Positions 59,360 to 64,000 of a stretch of 64,000 bases of DNA are shown here, one piece after another. Origin of the DNA: Rhodosorus marinus CCMP1338. Lineage: Eukaryota; Plantae; Rhodophyta. The position numbers and the translations under genes were made by a program. The stretch is taken from positions 3,410,001 through 3,474,000 of the forward strand of contig JAMWBK010000002.1 in assembly GCA_029953675.1 (NCBI GenBank), in the 5' to 3' direction. Positions within the stretch are counted from its first letter, which is position 1. Each line of letters opens with the position of its first letter. Below the pieces are notes generated by a model that was given only the letters and a program-made list of their open reading frames with translations, searched no databases and was not told the origin of the DNA.

Positions 59360-60637
59360 ATGGCGCAGGTTGTATTCACCGTAAGTAAGAACTCGATTGC
59401 AGATTTGCTCTGATCGTAGCGAAAGTTGGCAGATACCAGCCACGCGTTGCCAGCGAAGCACTTTGCAGAGATTTGGCGGCCTGTGGGAATGGAATCCGAA
59501 CTGAGCAGTCGAGGTCTTCGGGAGATCAATATGGGCTTCATTAAATCGTGGATAATGTCTAGTAGCCCTCCTGGAGCTCGTCGATTCATCAACGTGACCG
59601 GGTTCCCGTTTCCGCTGGGCCCTGCCCTGGAGAGAAAAACGATTCGAAAGGAACTGATCCCAGGATCAATATGGACTTTCGAACAGGAGCAAGGCCTGGC
59701 AGGCACAACCGTGTCAACCAATGTACGAATGACCGCTGTGAAAACATCAAGGAGGTCCCTGTGGATCCATGCTCCGATTGCACCCACTGAAGAGTGCGTT
59801 CAACTATTGCGCGAGCTTGAACTGCCAGTAGAGGCCATCGTGAATCCCACGTATGCCTATGAACATCGCGTTTTCGTGCCCTCGTTTTCGAGGCGGTTTC
59901 CTTCGGCAAAAGTTTATTCTGTGAGGGGATGGAGTTTTCCGCTTCCTCTTCCCGATTCGCTGCTCGGTATAGACGTGGAAGCTTACTTGGACGAAACGGA
60001 AAGACTTCCGTGGCTGGATGATTTCGATTGTGAGCTACTCCCGGTCTGCTTCGTCGGATTAGCACCTTATACCGAGGCTGCATTCTTTCACCGGCGGACA
60101 AAGACTCTGATTACGACTGATCTCTTCATCAAAGTTAGTGAAACGCCACCGGAGGTCATTCCTGAAGCGAAGCTCGAAGCTCTGGGGAGCCCAGATTCGG
60201 TACTTGCGTCTCTCGTGCGGGGTTCAGCAACGAGCTCACCGAAAAACATTCCTTCGAATGTTTTAGGGTGGATGCGGATGACTACGCTGGCTCTGTTTCT
60301 AGGACCTTCTTCGCTGTTGGACCCCAGATCGGCCTTCGGAAGCATCAGCGGACGGCTCACAGTGAGCCCCGTTCTCCGTGTGCTGGTTTTCGGAAAGATA
60401 CGGTCATCAGTGCAAGAGTGGACTGAGAAGATCATGAACTGGCCATTCGACAAAATCATACCTGCTCATTTCGATGCCCCAGTTCGCGCCGGACCGGACG
60501 ACATGAGGAATGCGTTGACATGCGTGTTACAGGGGCGAGCAGATGGCGTGGTTGAAGCTGATTTAAAAAACCTGAGGGGAATAAATCACGTTCTTCGGTC
60601 ACTTGGCATTGTAAACGAGGAAGAAGAGTACGTGTAA
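59360..60637 (+). CDS. DUF4336 domain protein (cyanobacterial/plastid type; metallo-beta-lactamase-like fold)
   Basis: FPFPLGP, TIRKELIPGSIWTFEQ, VRMTAVK, LWIHAPIAPTEEC, EHRVF, AAFFHRRTKTLITTD and IIPAHFDAP. The 5' exon (ATG 59360, intron 59382-59419) is tentative. Confidence 0.82.
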
Positions 60638-60942
60638 ATATGCCGTTGTTAAGGTGTTCTGGCTTTCTTCCACAGATTTTGACTCTGCTTCATTGCTAGA
60701 GATGGAGTCGGACGGTGAAATATAAAAACAGCAGAAATCAAGAGACTCAAAGAATGCGAGCACCTGAGTACCAGGCGGGCCTGGGCGATAAGTACATTTC
60801 ATAGCCTCCGCAGTGTTTCAAGTTCATGGTATGTTCAGCTGCGTTAGGCACGGATACTGAGCACCGCAAGTGAATCGGATTGCTGATAAAGGAACTTTAG
60901 GACTTTAAACACTACTCGAAGCCGTACTTGCAGGTCGCCTGT

Positions 60943-62363
60943 TTACTTCTTTTCCCTGTCATGTTTTTCACCGCTTCCGTCTTTTTCTTCTGTCTGCCCT
61001 TGCTGATCCGCCTTTGATATTTCGATGGCAAGTTTCATCTCCTCGTCCATCTCTTCGTCTATGACCGCCGATGTCTCTGTAGCACCCTTTCCAGAATCGG
61101 TGTCAATTGGCATAGCCTGGTCACCTATTTCATAGAGATCTTGGTCCCCATCTTGGGCTTCAACAGCCGGACCTCCAGCTTGTGGATCGTCGCGCTCCAT
61201 CGCGGTTGGACCAGTCTGCAAGAAAAACCACGTGGTTAATCGCAAGAACCTAAGGAATTGCAGAATTTAAACCACGCTACTCGGGGAAAAGCTCACCGCG
61301 TCACCATCGCTTGGTTCTCCAGCCTGTTGCGCTGCCCTTTGCGCTTGTCGTTCTGTCTCTTCAGCCATTGAAAGCGTAAGTGCCATGGCCAGCTCTGGGT
61401 CCGCGGATGGATCCACTCCGAAGGGAAACTCATTCGTTGAGCCATCTCCGACCCCAGCACCGTCCATATCGCCTACTGCTCCTTCCTCTAGCATTATCGC
61501 ACTTCTGAGAAGCACATCGCTTAGCAGTTGCCGTGCCGGGGGGACCGTCACGAGGTGACTGTTATTGTCCTTGTTCACAGCTTGAAGTAGAGTCTCCAAA
61601 GGAGGTCCGTTGTGGTCCTCTTCCCCAAAGTTGATAAGATCCAAAGCTACTCCGTTTCTTCTGAGGTCCGTTCCAACTTTCTGAAGTATTCCTTGCTCAA
61701 TTGCAATCGGGCTTCCAAAAAATACCACGATCCTCTGCCTCTGCTGCTGATTCTGACGATGTTTAAGGGCGAGTTGAGCTTTTCTGATACTTGCCACATA
61801 ATCACAGTGCCCATCCACGTTCACCTAAGTTCGACAAAAAACAGCATCACTCAGATCATCATTCCGTGCCCCGAGCACCAGCATAGTACGAGCACAGAAG
61901 CCCAGAGAAAGCAATCCAATGCGATCAGCTGCTCAAAGAGCAGCGAAAATTACGGGGGTCGGGAGCGTCCATGAGTGACATTCGACTCGCACCTGGTGCA
62001 AACTAGTTATGATCTGGCGGTCATCGTTTGTTTGAGTAACCAGCATCCGAGCGCTCTTTCCGGCCATCGTCAGGAGGCCGACCGTATTCTCCCTGTTTTG
62101 GCTGACCTTCGCACTACATATTAGATTTGCCGCGTCGGCCTGTGCAGCCTACCGAATAGAAGAACGAATGGCGTCGTGCGTTAGGACCAAACCTCCGCAA
62201 TCCAGGTTCTAGTACACCCTCCGCGTGAAAGCATTCGCCTCCCGAGGCACTACAGTGTGTTGTGAGTAGAGCTCCAGTCACCTACCAATCGAGAAGGTGG
62301 ATAGTCTCCGTTCCGCATCCATTCCGAATTGTCAATGCATACAATGGTTGCCTCGAGAACCAT
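60943..62363 (-). CDS. RPN10: 26S proteasome ubiquitin receptor RPN10 (vWA + UIMs), multi-exon
   Basis: Exon 1 (ATG 62363) [26 protein letters not shown]; next exon [10 protein letters not shown]...[11 protein letters not shown]; [10 protein letters not shown]; [19 protein letters not shown]; second [14 protein letters not shown]. Confidence 0.96.
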
Positions 62364-63099
62364 TCTGCACAATACACTTTGAAAAAAAAAAGCACGCAGT
62401 CGGCTCCTCTAGCTCGCTCTACTCGCAAAGTGAAAGTACCAATGCCTACCACCCCGTCCGCGTGCAAATTGAGAGCCCAATCCGTATTGAAAGAATGAGA
62501 AACCACCCCGATCACGTTCGGTGCTGTCGCTCCTCGAAACCCCAGACTAACGTAACCAGAGGAATTTGGACTCCAACACGACATGTTTTGAACTATCCAT
62601 ATTTGGGGACAAGCTGTCATTGCGAGGATTTGGTTCTGGGATGAATCGTGCGATATAATGTTGAAGATGGAATGCAAAGGACTGATTTCCTAATGGAACA
62701 CTGCGAACTGATCCAGAACGCGTTTTGAAGGCCAGCCTGGCTGGAATGTTTCTTGTTTGCGCTCCACCTGCTGCTTCGTGGCTTCAGTTCATATTTTACC
62801 TTGGAACAGATGCGTTGACGGTCAAGTGCTATGCGTCATTCACCGACATGCTAGTGGGGGGGTTAAGGACGGTTTGTTACTAAAATTCTTGGCTGAGTCT
62901 ATGCCGCAGTGCATAAGCGGAGATCCAGCACCATATCGCAAGTCTAAGACTTTTTGCTGGGACTGCTAGTGGTTTCTTTCCTGTTCGTGAGTCCAGAGTT
63001 GTCCTGTTGCTGGGCTTATAAACACTGGAAAAGGGATAGCTGCTTCTTTCTACCTCGTGCTGGAGACGGAATTCGGCCGGAAAACAAGAATTGGTTTTG

Positions 63100-63726
63100 A
63101 AGCGTTCACGGTTACGTTGTCGTCTGGCGTCTTGCTAGAAAATCATTGCAGAAGTCTTGAAAAGATGAGAAGCATTCTATAGCTTCGACAATGGGGGAAT
63201 TAATGGGGCTTACCGCAAGATCGTGGTAACTGTCAACTCCTCTTGACATGTAAATACTGTCAGTGAATATTATTGGTGAGGTTCAATTATCGTCCACAAG
63301 GCGCCATCTTCGATGCGACGTCCTGAATCTGGTCCGCGGGTGGCTGTGCACCGTTAGCCCAAAGCCCAGGCTTAGAGCAGCATTGGACCCCTAGTTGTAC
63401 TCAGTGTTTTCAAGCGAAACGGAGTAGAGTACCCTACCGCCCCTGGCGAGCGGCTCTCCCAGCAAAAGGATCGTCCGAGTAAAAAAATTGAGACCCATCG
63501 CCGAAAACAAGTCCAGATCAACTTGCAACCTGGACCGCTACTTTCCGCACACCACGTCAGTGTACATTGTGGAACTAAAGATCAAAAGCAAGGGGGGTGG
63601 GACTCCAGTATTGTGGGATACCCTCTTGAGAATTTAACACTTTTTTATACTTCTTAGCTGTGTTCAATGGATTTGCTTAAGCGGAGACTGAAAGAAAAAA
63701 CCCCCATAACGTAACCGTGAACGCTT
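63100..63726. repeat. Pair of perfect 19-bp inverted repeats about 590 bp apart
   Basis: AAGCGTTCACGGTTACGTT (63100-63118) and AACGTAACCGTGAACGCTT (63708-63726). Confidence 0.8.
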
Positions 63727-63765
63727 TACTAGAGGACTCCCTAGTGGAGCCCGCAAGGAAGGAAG

Positions 63766-63841
63766 AAGCAATCTATCTATGCGTTAAAAAACCCCCAAGC
63801 ATGTAACCCCAAGCAATCTATCTATGCGTTAAAAAACCCCC
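63766..63841. repeat. 31-bp perfect direct repeat x2 (period 45)
   Basis: AAGCAATCTATCTATGCGTTAAAAAACCCCC at 63766-63796 and 63811-63841. Confidence 0.92.
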
Positions 63842-64000
63842 TAGTGGGTTGTGTGGCTACGTTCTACGACAGGGACGATCTCATAGTTCCCTTCATCTAT
63901 GCGCCGTGCCTGGGTGGCAAGTAGTGCATTGCCTTTCCATAGGGCTCGATTCAGCGTCGCCCGTGCTTCGCTCACTTGTGTCGATGGCTGATGCACGTGA

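Noticed and set aside
25841-62363. Apparent ubiquitin-proteasome cluster (HECT ligase, PSMA2, APC13, RPN10)
   Set aside because: The genes are spread over 36 kb among unrelated genes; such genes are numerous, so co-occurrence is plausible by chance.
63693-63841. A6-C5 runs as telomeric repeats or a CRISPR-like array
   Set aside because: Not tandem, only two long repeat copies, one 14-nt spacer, and no cas genes in a eukaryotic context.

Overview
Gene-dense eukaryotic nuclear DNA with short GT-AG introns (about 70-150 nt, with CTRAC/CTGAC branch points). Several genes look plastid-related (DUF2358-SOUL with an MGFV-type transit peptide, an At2g41040-like methyltransferase, a HAT-repeat protein, DUF4336). 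This points to an alga with a primary plastid, probably a red alga (inference, not proven). Most of the window is housekeeping genes: bestrophin-like channel, nucleotide-sugar transporter, dolichol kinase, Sen1-like helicase, CDC5, AP-3 beta, HUWE1/UPL1-like HECT ligase, P5B ATPase, PSMA2, class I/II aminotransferase, APC13, BT1 transporter and RPN10. No rRNA, intact tRNA gene or CRISPR array was seen. The most unusual items are: (1) a protein fusing a La motif, a CCCH zinc finger and an ERI1-type 3'-5' exonuclease; (2) a 1.36-kb element bounded by about 80-bp inverted repeats, each carrying a perfect 24-bp palindrome, with a palindrome-rich interior; (3) a HUWE1-like ligase with no room for its N-terminal half; (4) a secreted beta-propeller with a repeated His motif; (5) several relics (LTR plus primer-binding site, chromodomain, PolB-like), hairpins and tandem duplications. 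Exon boundaries were read by eye, and family assignments come from recalled motifs rather than database searches.
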